NCBI GenBank assembly: GCA_001770205.1
Contig: MEQL01000047.1
Location: 124,001 to 144,815 of the forward strand
Source: Bdellovibrionales bacterium RIFOXYD12_FULL_39_22
Lineage (GTDB): Bacteria > Bdellovibrionota > Bacteriovoracia > Bacteriovoracales > Bacteriovoracaceae
DNA: 20,815 nt
Direction: 5' to 3'
In this document: positions 1 to 8,621 of the stretch, one piece after another
Numbering within the stretch: the stretch's first letter is position 1
Layout of the letters: every line of letters begins with the position of its first letter
Position numbers and translations under genes: made by a program
The notes under the pieces: generated by a model
What the model saw: only the letters and a program-made list of their open reading frames with translations
Databases searched by the model: none
What the model was told of the DNA's origin: nothing

Positions 1-2
1 AT

Positions 3-179
3 GGAAATAAAGATTTCACTTTTGGCCCTGACTACATTATCCCCAAACCATTCGACAAACGTGTCTTAGTTTGGGAAACCATAGCGGTTGCCAAGGCAGC
101 AATGGAAACTGGTGTTGCCAAAAATCCTATCAAGGATTTTGATGCTTATAAAAAACAACTAGAGGCAAGACTGAAGTAA
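3..179 (+). CDS. C-terminal end of an NAD(P)-dependent malic enzyme (partial, starts before the window)
   Basis: Frame 3 reads GNKDFTFGPDYIIPKPFDKRVLVWETIAVAKAAMETGVAKNPIKDFDAYKKQLEARLK*, with TAA at 177-179. FGPDYIIPKPFDxR and AVAKAAMETGVA are hallmark motifs at the end of the malic enzyme domain. Not in the ORF track. Confidence 0.9.
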   Translation, partial: GNKDFTFGPDYIIPKPFDKRVLVWETIAVAKAAMETGVAKNPIKDFDAYKKQLEARLK

Positions 180-194
180 TTGGGCCCTAATTAT

Positions 195-226
195 TTGAGC
201 GGTAATAACTATTTATTGCCGCTCAA
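195..226 (+). terminator. 14-bp stem hairpin after the malic enzyme stop (possible terminator or mRNA-stabilising stem)
   Basis: TTGAGCGGTAATAA-ctat-TTATTGCCGCTCAA, with one G-U pair. No clean U-tract follows. Confidence 0.5.
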
Positions 227-239
227 GCATTGAGTTTGA

Positions 240-899
240 ATGGAACCATCATATCGTTTTGATTACAAAAAAAATATCTCCTACTCTAAACTCATTAGTC
301 GCCTATTTGCCTTTTCATTGACTTTTTTTTTAATCTACTCCTTTTTTTGTTATTTTTTTATTCTCTCTTCTAACAAAGAAAACACTAATTCTTCCGAATT
401 TTTTTTCAATCGCCCGCCAGACGTAATTGTGGTTTTTACCGGTGATACAGGGAGGATTCCTTACGCCATAGAACAGGCCAAGAAATTTAAGCAATCAAAT
501 ATTTTGATTACAGGAGTCTATTCTAAAAATACCGTTGAATCACTTCTGCGGCCACTTGAGGATGCTGCCGATCTAGATATTAATCAGCTTTCCATAGATT
601 ATACGGCCAGAAATACTATTGAAAACGCCATTGCCACTCTACGCCATTTACGCGAACACAAAACACTCTTTAATGTATTAATTATTTCTCATGACTATCA
701 CCTGATGCGCATAAAACTTACCATGAATAAACTACGCACGGGCCATGACGATTTTGAGTTTTTCTATTCCGGAATCAAGACAGATTATTCTAAATGGCGC
801 AACCTAAAAATATTATACAAAGAAGTATTTAAACTCTTTCGCGCATATATTTTTCTATCATTTTGGGATGCTGAGATTATCACCACCGAAAGCATTTAA
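240..899 (+). CDS. YdcF/DUF218 (ElyC/SanA-like) family membrane-anchored protein
   Basis: N-terminal TM helix, then DVIVVFTGDTGRI, ILITG, ARNTIENA and IISHDYHLMR, which match the DUF218 motifs. Confidence 0.8.
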   Translation: MEPSYRFDYKKNISYSKLISRLFAFSLTFFLIYSFFCYFFILSSNKENTNSSEFFFNRPPDVIVVFTGDTGRIPYAIEQAKKFKQSNILITGVYSKNTVESLLRPLEDAADLDINQLSIDYTARNTIENAIATLRHLREHKTLFNVLIISHDYHLMRIKLTMNKLRTGHDDFEFFYSGIKTDYSKWRNLKILYKEVFKLFRAYIFLSFWDAEIITTESI

Positions 900-3104
900 T
901 TAAATTCTGCTAACGCTAATAACTTCCTCTAGAGACTCTAGGGCGCTAGTAATTCGCAGAAGCTCACTAAAATCTTTTACTTCAACTTCAAATAAAAAAC
1001 TTCCCTTCCGATCAGGCAGCGATTTGGCGATGGCAGTACGGATATTGATATTAAGTTTATTAATGGCATTAGAAATTTGTGACAACATTCCTGGCCGATC
1101 ATGTGTTATCACTCGAATATTCACTGGATGCTTAAATTTAAACTCCTCATTCCAGGTAACATTAATCGTGCGCTCAGCATCATGCATTTCCACCCGATCA
1201 CAGCTAACGGTGTGCACCGTAATACCACGCCCCCTGGTAATATGTCCGACTATTGGATCTCCAGGAATTGGACTACAACATTTGGCAATACGAACTACTA
1301 AGTCATCCATGCCATCAACAATTACGGCATTATCTCGATGCGCTTTTTTCTTAACCGCGTCAGTTAGTTTTTGCGAATAAGTAGAAATCTCATCAATCTT
1401 CTGCTCAATAATCTCTGGGCCCTCTTCCGTTCCTTTTTTCTGCAATGTTGGAGCAAAAGACAAAATATGCTGAGTAGTAATTTTCCCCGCCCCCACTCCA
1501 ATAAAAAGCTCCTCGTCTGATTGTAAATTGCACCCCTTCAAAATATCATTCCAAGCTTCGCTCTTTTTTAATGTTTTAACCGAAGTAGAAAAAAGACGCA
1601 GCGTTTTCTCCAATAGATCCTCTCCAACATCTCTACTATGTTCTCGTTCTACCTTTTGTAGCCACTGTTTAATTTTTGTTTTTGCTTTTGAAGTTTTAAC
1701 AATATTAAGCCAATCCTTAGAAGGAGTTTGTGTTTTGCTAGTCAAAACCTCTACCGAATCACCAGATTTTAATTTATAGCGCAAAGGTACAATTTTACCA
1801 TTAACCTTGGCCCCAACGCAGTGATTGCCAACTTCAGAGTGAACGGCATAAGCGAAATCAAGAGGGGTCGCAGAGTGACGTAATTCTAATACTTCTCCTT
1901 TGGGAGTAAATACATAAATTCCACCCATATCAAGATCATTTTTTACTACGTTCATAAATTCGCTGTTGCTATCAACATTCTTATTGAATTCCAACAACTC
2001 CTGTACCCAGGCAAGCTTCGTTACATTCTTGCCAGAAACACCTTCCTTATATTTCCAATGAGCGGCCACTCCTGTTTCTGCCACCTCTTCCATTTCATGA
2101 GTACGAATTTGAATCTCAATACGCTCGGCGGCCGGACCAATTACTGTAGTATGCAAACTTTGATAACCATTCAATTTGGGAATAGCGATATAATCTTTAA
2201 ATCTCCCGGGAATAGGAGTAAATGAGGAGTGAATAATTCCCAAACCTTTATAGCACTCCGTAATATTATTAACTTGAATTCGAAAAGCAAGAACGTCTTG
2301 GATCTGTTCGAAATCTACTCCTCGTGAAATCATTTTTTTATAAATAGAATAAAAATGCTTAGAGCGGCCAGTGACTTCCGCATCCATCGAATACGAGATC
2401 AAATTATCCTTAATAACAGCAACCGTATCGCGAATATACTTTTCACGATCTTCTTTTTTCATTGCAACTTTTTCCGCCAATTTATAATAAACTTCGGGCT
2501 TTAAAAAGCGCAGGCAAAGATCTTCCAGTTCGGCCTTAACTGAGTTGATGCCCAAACGACTGGCCAGAGGAACATAAATATCAAGTGTCTCTTGAGCAAT
2601 TTTTTTTTGTTTTTCATCGGAAATATATTGCAGAGTCCGCATGTTGTGCATACGATCGGCCAATTTAACAATAATAACGCGCAAATCTTTGGCCATGGCC
2701 ACGATCATTTTACGAAAATTTTCTGCCTGAGACTCTTCCTTGTTCCGAAATTTAATTTTAGAAATTTTTGTCAGGCCAATAACAATATTGGCAATATTTT
2801 TAGAAAACTCTTTTTCGATAAGGTCAGGATGAATATCACAATCTTCCACAACATCATGTAGTAACCCCGAAATGACACTATCCATATCCATGTTGAGTTT
2901 AACTAAGGCCGCCGCAACATTAACTGGATGGATAAAATAGTCCTCTCCAGAACTTCGCTTTTGGCCAATATGACATTTTTGAGCGAAAAAATACGCCTTT
3001 CGTAGCATGGCCATATCCGCATTGGGGTAGTAGGCCAGCACTCTGCGCGCCAGCTCCTCTATTTCTAAATCTCTTTCATGACTAAAGTCTAAACCAAATT
3101 GCAA
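900..3104 (-). CDS. rel: Long bifunctional RelA/SpoT (p)ppGpp synthetase/hydrolase
   Basis: Intact HD hydrolase motifs (HIGQKRSSGEDYFIHP, LLHDVVED), synthetase motifs (GRSKHFYSIYKKM, NGYQSLHT, EIQIRT), TGS (VFTPKG..DFAYAVHS), Cys cluster (AKCCSPIPGD..HTVSC) and C-terminal ACT (DRPGML). TTG start. Confidence 0.97.
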   Translation of the reverse strand: MQFGLDFSHERDLEIEELARRVLAYYPNADMAMLRKAYFFAQKCHIGQKRSSGEDYFIHPVNVAAALVKLNMDMDSVISGLLHDVVEDCDIHPDLIEKEFSKNIANIVIGLTKISKIKFRNKEESQAENFRKMIVAMAKDLRVIIVKLADRMHNMRTLQYISDEKQKKIAQETLDIYVPLASRLGINSVKAELEDLCLRFLKPEVYYKLAEKVAMKKEDREKYIRDTVAVIKDNLISYSMDAEVTGRSKHFYSIYKKMISRGVDFEQIQDVLAFRIQVNNITECYKGLGIIHSSFTPIPGRFKDYIAIPKLNGYQSLHTTVIGPAAERIEIQIRTHEMEEVAETGVAAHWKYKEGVSGKNVTKLAWVQELLEFNKNVDSNSEFMNVVKNDLDMGGIYVFTPKGEVLELRHSATPLDFAYAVHSEVGNHCVGAKVNGKIVPLRYKLKSGDSVEVLTSKTQTPSKDWLNIVKTSKAKTKIKQWLQKVEREHSRDVGEDLLEKTLRLFSTSVKTLKKSEAWNDILKGCNLQSDEELFIGVGAGKITTQHILSFAPTLQKKGTEEGPEIIEQKIDEISTYSQKLTDAVKKKAHRDNAVIVDGMDDLVVRIAKCCSPIPGDPIVGHITRGRGITVHTVSCDRVEMHDAERTINVTWNEEFKFKHPVNIRVITHDRPGMLSQISNAINKLNINIRTAIAKSLPDRKGSFLFEVEVKDFSELLRITSALESLEEVISVSRI

Positions 3105-3113
3105 ACAGTGACC

Positions 3114-3689
3114 TTACCTTATAATCTTAGTGATAATATTTTTTAACTCAATAAATGCTCGTTCCAAATCATCGTTAACAACACAATAGTCAAAATCATT
3201 TTTACGTAGTAATTCCTTTGCCGCATTCTTAACCCGTAGCGCTATTACTTCTTCGCTATCGGTATTTCTCATACGCAAACGCTTTTCCAAAGCTTCTAGA
3301 GACGGTGGAGCGATAAAAATAGTTTGTGCTAATGGTCCAAAATATTTTTTGAAAGAGTCCGCCCCTTGCACATCAATATCAAAGATAAGTGATGCTCCCT
3401 GGGCCAATTTCCCCTCTACAAACTTTTTAGAAGTTCCATAATAGTTAGCATGAACTTGTGCCCATTCTAATAATTCATTATCTGCAATCATCTTCTTAAA
3501 TGTTTCAACGTCAATAAAAAAATATTGTACTCCATTTTCATCGCCTGGCCGCTTGGGCCTAGTTGTGTATGAAATGGACTCTACCAACTCAAAAAATTCG
3601 GCCTTGATTTTTTTGATCAAAGTAGATTTTCCTGCTCCTGAAGGAGCAACAATAACTACGATTTTCCCTTTTAATTTACTGCTACTCAA
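3114..3689 (-). CDS. gmk: Guanylate kinase
   Basis: P-loop APSGAGKST, SISYTTRPKRPGDENGVQYFF, NYYGT, DIDVQGA, IFIAPPS. Confidence 0.97.
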   Translation of the reverse strand: MSSSKLKGKIVVIVAPSGAGKSTLIKKIKAEFFELVESISYTTRPKRPGDENGVQYFFIDVETFKKMIADNELLEWAQVHANYYGTSKKFVEGKLAQGASLIFDIDVQGADSFKKYFGPLAQTIFIAPPSLEALEKRLRMRNTDSEEVIALRVKNAAKELLRKNDFDYCVVNDDLERAFIELKNIITKIIR

Positions 3690-4560
3690 TATTCAATCCT
3701 TGCTCTCTGATTTTTTCTAATTCTACCTTCATTTGAATCACCGCTTCAGAAATATTAATATCTGCTACTTTTGATCCAATGGTATTTGTCTCTCGATTTA
3801 ATTCCTGCACTAAAAAATCAATTTGCCGTCCCATCTCACTCTCTCCGGCCAATATTTGATCAAACTTGGCCAAGTGCGATTTTATCCGCGCAAATTCTTC
3901 ACTAATATCTAATTTTTCTAGGTAAAACACCACCTCTTGTAAAATGCGCGACTCCTCTATGGCCGTATTCTTTGTATATTCATCAATCCGCTTGCGTAAC
4001 TTTTCTTCAATATTTTGTCTATAAAGATCACCTCGGGCCACCACTCGCTGATAAAAATCCTCGTATAGTTTGCGATGGTGAAAAATTTCTTCTGCTAATC
4101 GACTTCCTTCTTCTTGTCTGGATTTTTTTAAGGCCTCAAGCGCACGATGGAATTGCATTACGGCCATCTCTTTTAATTTTTCTGTATCATCTTGCGCATC
4201 TTTATAAAACTCTGCCCGAAATAAATCGCGAGGAGTTACAAAAAATCCAACGTCATTTTTTTTCGTTATTTGACTAATATGTTTTAAAAATCCATCCAGT
4301 TTATTGGCATCAATCTCTCCGCTTGCGGCCTCCACTCCCATTTTGCGATAGGAAATATAGACGTCAAAACTTCCACGTTTAAAGGTCTGGGAAATTATCC
4401 CCCGCAGCTCATGCTCAATAGAGGACAAAAATCCAGGTAATTTACATTTAACATCGCGAAAACGATTGTTAACACTTTTTACTTCAATTAAAAAGTAATT
4501 CGTTCCATCGTTGAATTCGCACTTCCCAAATCCGGTCATAGACTGAATGTTCATATTCAT
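3682..4560 (-). CDS. yicC: YicC/YloC family endoribonuclease
   Basis: IQSMTGFG, EVKSVNNRF, KLDISEE, GRQIDFLVQELNRETNTIGSK, C-terminal EKIREQGLNIE. Start revised to ATG 4560, which has GGAGG 5 nt upstream; the ORF-track start at 4719 lies inside the upstream gene. Confidence 0.93.
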   Translation of the reverse strand: MNMNIQSMTGFGKCEFNDGTNYFLIEVKSVNNRFRDVKCKLPGFLSSIEHELRGIISQTFKRGSFDVYISYRKMGVEAASGEIDANKLDGFLKHISQITKKNDVGFFVTPRDLFRAEFYKDAQDDTEKLKEMAVMQFHRALEALKKSRQEEGSRLAEEIFHHRKLYEDFYQRVVARGDLYRQNIEEKLRKRIDEYTKNTAIEESRILQEVVFYLEKLDISEEFARIKSHLAKFDQILAGESEMGRQIDFLVQELNRETNTIGSKVADINISEAVIQMKVELEKIREQGLNIE

Positions 4561-4606
4561 TGGGGCCTCCAACTTCGTCTCCACTATTATGTACCAACAA
4601 TAAACA

Positions 4607-5224
4607 TTAGTCCAGTTCCCAACCTTGAACAGTTCCCTTCTCGAAATAGATGGTTTTGGCCCTATTATTGACAATAAACGACCAACGCTCATTTTGTTCA
4701 CGCGGATCTCCGGCCACATCTACCATCGTCGGATTTCCCCAATGTGAACGAACCTCCTCTTTGGACATGCCCACACGAATTTCTTCTGCCGTCTGCAATA
4801 GCTCTTCTTGCATTGCAGAAGTTGCCACTTTCCGTTCGGCCACCGCTTTAACAAAATATCTACTCTCCAATTTACTTTTTAAATAGCGTTCCTGTTCTTC
4901 GGGAGAGGCCAGACCTAAAAAATAGATTCTCTCTGAATCATTGTGTAAAAAATCTCTTGCCCGATAATATGCCAGTCTTTCCTCATCAGTAAGTGCTTGT
5001 TCTGTACGAATAAGTTCTTGTCTGAGGGAAAAGGCCTCTCCGGTGAGTTTTATGCCATTTTCTCCTGCCTCAGTTATCGGATCACTTGGACTGACATAGA
5101 GCGAGGTATCCGCAATTGCATATTCTCCTTGCTCTGGCAGCGCAGTACATCCACCATAAAAAAGAGTAGACAAAAAAATGGCCACCAAAAATTTGGGCCT
5201 TGAGGGACTCACTAAATATAACAT
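4607..5224 (-). CDS. Putative lipoprotein with a C-terminal BamE/SmpA_OmlA-like domain
   Basis: GGAGG RBS, hydrophobic signal ending in a lipobox-like YGGC. C-terminal IRVGMSKEEVRSHWGNP..ERWSF..IYFEKGTV is the BamE/BLIP-like pattern. Confidence 0.65.
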   Translation of the reverse strand: MLYLVSPSRPKFLVAIFLSTLFYGGCTALPEQGEYAIADTSLYVSPSDPITEAGENGIKLTGEAFSLRQELIRTEQALTDEERLAYYRARDFLHNDSERIYFLGLASPEEQERYLKSKLESRYFVKAVAERKVATSAMQEELLQTAEEIRVGMSKEEVRSHWGNPTMVDVAGDPREQNERWSFIVNNRAKTIYFEKGTVQGWELD

Positions 5225-5386
5225 AAAAACCTCCTAATCCTCCGACTTTAACTTTTCCTTCTTCCTTCTTTTCGGAAAATTGTTCTCTAAATCCACTTTT
5301 TCATATTTTTGCCTCTTCTTAATCTAACTAGTAATATTTTGCCTAGCAGCTGATCTAACGAAGGTAGGATTAATTTACCCATAATA

Positions 5387-6271
5387 ATGGGCGATAAGAT
5401 AAATGCGATGAAAAAAATTGAAAGACTTATAATTAAAATTAATGAGATGCTGCTGGCCCTTTTTGGCCATATTTCAAATTTAACAATAGCGCTAATCCCC
5501 AAAAAGATTAAAAAAAAGCTAAATATCGCTGAACGTAAATCTCCTCAGCGTGCTGCCCCCAAAAAGGTTGTTCCTAAAAAAAATCTAAAAGAAAATTTTG
5601 CGGCCATCTCTGCCGTGGCCAGCAAAGCATCTAAAAAGATATCTGGAAAAATCTCTCCGGCGCTAGATAAAATGCGCAAATTCGATATAAAGAAGGTTAG
5701 TTTTAAATCAACATTTCTTTTTCTATTTGCCATTCTATCTCCACTACTTTTGCGCTTTAAATCTTGGTGGCTTTCACTTAAACCTATTACAGTTGTAGGA
5801 ATAGTCGTCACTAGTTCCGTGGGAACCTTGGCCGGAATTAGTGTTTATAGCAATGCTAAAAAAGTTGCTCACGAGGCACTCCCTCCTGAAATCGTCGAAG
5901 AAGTAGATGTATACCAGCAACAATTTGAACGCAAAAGTTTTTATAAAAATGGAGAACGTTATCTGCTTATCACCGCAGTCATTATTCCCGTATATATTGA
6001 ATCTGCCGCATCTATTAGAACTCTTAGCGTTGACTTCACACTCATGATGTCTAATCGCTATTTACAAGCATATTTTTTAGGCCATGAATATCTTGTACGC
6101 AATACCCTGAGCAATGGACTACAGCCAATTGTTCCAGAATTTCCCCTCTCCCCTGAGGGGAAATCCATTTTAAAGGATAAAATAAAAAAAGAACTAAACG
6201 AGTTAATTGAAGATTTAGGAATTGAGGGTTTTATTGAAAATGTCTTTTTCGATAATATTATTGCGGCCTAA
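5387..6271 (+). CDS. FliL-like membrane protein with a long basic N-terminal extension
   Basis: TM segments followed by a C-terminal domain ending LVRNTLS..PLSPEGKSILKDKIKKELNELI..IENVFFDNII, resembling the FliL C-terminus. The start could be 5387 or 5408. Confidence 0.55.
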   Translation: MGDKINAMKKIERLIIKINEMLLALFGHISNLTIALIPKKIKKKLNIAERKSPQRAAPKKVVPKKNLKENFAAISAVASKASKKISGKISPALDKMRKFDIKKVSFKSTFLFLFAILSPLLLRFKSWWLSLKPITVVGIVVTSSVGTLAGISVYSNAKKVAHEALPPEIVEEVDVYQQQFERKSFYKNGERYLLITAVIIPVYIESAASIRTLSVDFTLMMSNRYLQAYFLGHEYLVRNTLSNGLQPIVPEFPLSPEGKSILKDKIKKELNELIEDLGIEGFIENVFFDNIIAA

Positions 6272-7624
6272 ATCATTTTTTTTTGCAACTAACTTTCGCA
6301 GCGTGGTTTGAGTAATACCTAAAATTTGGGATGACTTTCGCAAATCATGATCAAAATATTTATATATTTTGTATGCGTATTTTCTTTTTAGTTCCTCCAA
6401 TGAGATAATTTCTTCTTTAACCGTATCCTGCGACATTCTATTTTCAATTAATAGCAATTCATCTTCCTTATCAAAAACTAACTTATTTCCAACAGCAGAG
6501 ACCATTTTTTTATTTAAATGGCCAATAAGCTGCCTCACATTGCCTGGCCAGCGGACCTCCTTATAAAAAGAGATTAGAGAAGGAGCAATATGTATTCCAT
6601 CTTCAACGCTTAATTTCTGACAAATTGAATCTATAAGTCCTGGCCGTTCTCGCAATGGGGGTAATTTATAGACTACACCAGAGGAAAGTCGATAATAAAA
6701 ATCCTGACGCATTTTCTCTTTTTGTACCAAGTGTTGCAAACTTTTTCCGGCCGCAAAAATAAGTCGCACATCAACTTTTGTTGTACTGGCCGCCCCTACT
6801 GGCCGAATCTCTTTGGAATCTAAAAAAAGTAGTAACTTGGTTTGAATAGAATGTGGAAGCGAATCAATCTCATCGAGAAAAAGAGTTCCTCTATTTGCTT
6901 CTAAAAATGCCCCTTCTTTATTTCCCACCGCTCCAGTAAACGCTCCTTTGACATGGCCAAAGAGCTCTGACTCAATTAATCCTTCAGAAAAAGAGGAAAG
7001 ATTGATATGTACAAAACGGCCAGAACGCCCACTTTGTTCATGAATAAGTTTTGCTAACCGACTTTTTCCTGTTCCGGTTTCTCCTTCCAATAAAACATTT
7101 ATACTTGATTGCACAATCTTTTCATTTCCCACTAGAAATTCTTCCTCTCCAGAGGCCTCCGTGATTGCCCCAAAAACAAGACGATTATTATCTATAGTGA
7201 CAACGTCTCCTCGTTCCAAAAAAGCTTCAAAACACAAACTGCCATTTAGTTTGAAGGCGCGCTGGCCCAATGCTCGTAGTATATAGCGCGCACTTTTATC
7301 ATTCCTCTCTTTACCGGCAAAATGGCATAATATAATTTCATATCTACAAGATTGCTCATTGTCTGCGAGATCAACAATAGATGGTAGTTGAATATTTATA
7401 GAATCCACCAAGCACTCATATGCTTTTTGGCCTGTCAATAAATAACGAGAACGATTAAGTACAAGTATACGCTTACGTCCATAAATAGGATAAATGACTA
7501 ATTGATCTTTCTGACGTAATCCGCTTTCTGCCAACAGCGCAAATTCAATTTCCTCTAATTGGCGTGGCAAAGCAACTGATTCACTCTCTTGAGGAAGATC
7601 GCTTACTAGTTTTAAACATTCCAT
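6215..7624 (-). CDS. Sigma54-dependent enhancer-binding protein (FHA-like N-terminus, AAA+ domain, Fis-type HTH)
   Basis: Walker A GETGTGKS, ESELFGHVKGAFTGA, Walker B LFLDEID, RQDFYYRL, WPGNVRQL and HTH SSQILGITQTTLRK. The N-terminal FKLNG..LERGDVVTID pattern resembles an FHA fold; there is no receiver domain. AGGAG RBS. Confidence 0.92.
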   Translation of the reverse strand: MECLKLVSDLPQESESVALPRQLEEIEFALLAESGLRQKDQLVIYPIYGRKRILVLNRSRYLLTGQKAYECLVDSINIQLPSIVDLADNEQSCRYEIILCHFAGKERNDKSARYILRALGQRAFKLNGSLCFEAFLERGDVVTIDNNRLVFGAITEASGEEEFLVGNEKIVQSSINVLLEGETGTGKSRLAKLIHEQSGRSGRFVHINLSSFSEGLIESELFGHVKGAFTGAVGNKEGAFLEANRGTLFLDEIDSLPHSIQTKLLLFLDSKEIRPVGAASTTKVDVRLIFAAGKSLQHLVQKEKMRQDFYYRLSSGVVYKLPPLRERPGLIDSICQKLSVEDGIHIAPSLISFYKEVRWPGNVRQLIGHLNKKMVSAVGNKLVFDKEDELLLIENRMSQDTVKEEIISLEELKRKYAYKIYKYFDHDLRKSSQILGITQTTLRKLVAKKNDLGRNNIIEKDIFNKTLNS

Positions 7625-7770
7625 AAATTCTCCTTGTAGTTGTTTTTTTACACATCTTTAGCTACTACAATTTATATGCCGCTATTTTGAAGAAACTCTT
7701 ATCCAATCTGATAAAAAAAGAGAGACAAAAGTTGCCTTTTTGTACCAACTGCGAGATAGATGGCCTCACT

Positions 7771-8418
7771 ATGCAATACGAAATTATCAAAACCGCTACA
7801 ACCTTTTTAATGGGAATTGCCTCCGCGGAGCAACTAATGGGGTGGGCCCTGGCCAATCCTAAAGTCTCCGGAGTTTGTTTTGCTGGCCGATCTAATGTAG
7901 GAAAATCCAGTCTCATCAACGCAGTATTTGGGCGGGCCAACGCTCGCGTCTCCAATACTCCTGGCCGCACACGTGAAATAAATATTTTCAGCTTTGAACT
8001 TTTTGATAAAGAGAAAGCAAAAAAAATTGATAACAAGTTTTTACTTTTCGATCTCCCTGGCTATGGCTTTGCCAAGGCATCCAAAGAGCAATCTCGTATT
8101 TGGAATCAAATGATGGCCACTTTTTTTGAATTGATGGAGAACAAGATCAAAGTCATTAATCTACAAGATGCTCGTCACCCACTGCAAAAGGCCGATTTAG
8201 ATTTTATAAATTTTATTGGCCAATATCGCTATCAGGGTGAAGTGGTTTTAAATAAAGTCGATAAAATAAAAACACAAGCAGAAAAAGTCATTCTGGCCAA
8301 AGAGCAAAGTAAGCTCAAGTCACTAGCTCACTGGGACAGCAAAATAATCCTGGCATCTGCCACTAAAAACCTTGCCATAAATGAGATAGTTGAATCAATA
8401 ACTGATTTTTTAATCTAA
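7771..8418 (+). CDS. engB: Ribosome biogenesis GTPase YihA/YsxC
   Basis: G1 GRSNVGKSS, G2 TPGRT, G3 DLPGYG, G4 NKVD, G5 SA. ATG 7771 gives a typical family length; the ORF-track TTG 7687 seems too far upstream. Confidence 0.93.
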   Translation: MQYEIIKTATTFLMGIASAEQLMGWALANPKVSGVCFAGRSNVGKSSLINAVFGRANARVSNTPGRTREINIFSFELFDKEKAKKIDNKFLLFDLPGYGFAKASKEQSRIWNQMMATFFELMENKIKVINLQDARHPLQKADLDFINFIGQYRYQGEVVLNKVDKIKTQAEKVILAKEQSKLKSLAHWDSKIILASATKNLAINEIVESITDFLI

Positions 8419-8621
8419 TCGCGCGAAGTAACGGGCCGCTAGTTAATCTTGAAGGTAATTACTTTTATTACGCCGCAGGCCGATCATAATCTTCCTGTTA
8501 GTACAAAGGCCCTTCGTCTCCCCCACTCTTTTATAGAGAAATCTGGAAAGGTTTCTTAACCGCTAGTCCGTTTTTGAGGGGGAAGATCATTTCAACATTG
8601 TTCATAAAGCGTAATGGTTTT

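Noticed and set aside
5260..5300. Sigma28 promoter upstream of the lipoprotein gene
   Set aside because: A TCCGAAAA -10-like box is present, but there is no TAAA at the correct spacing.
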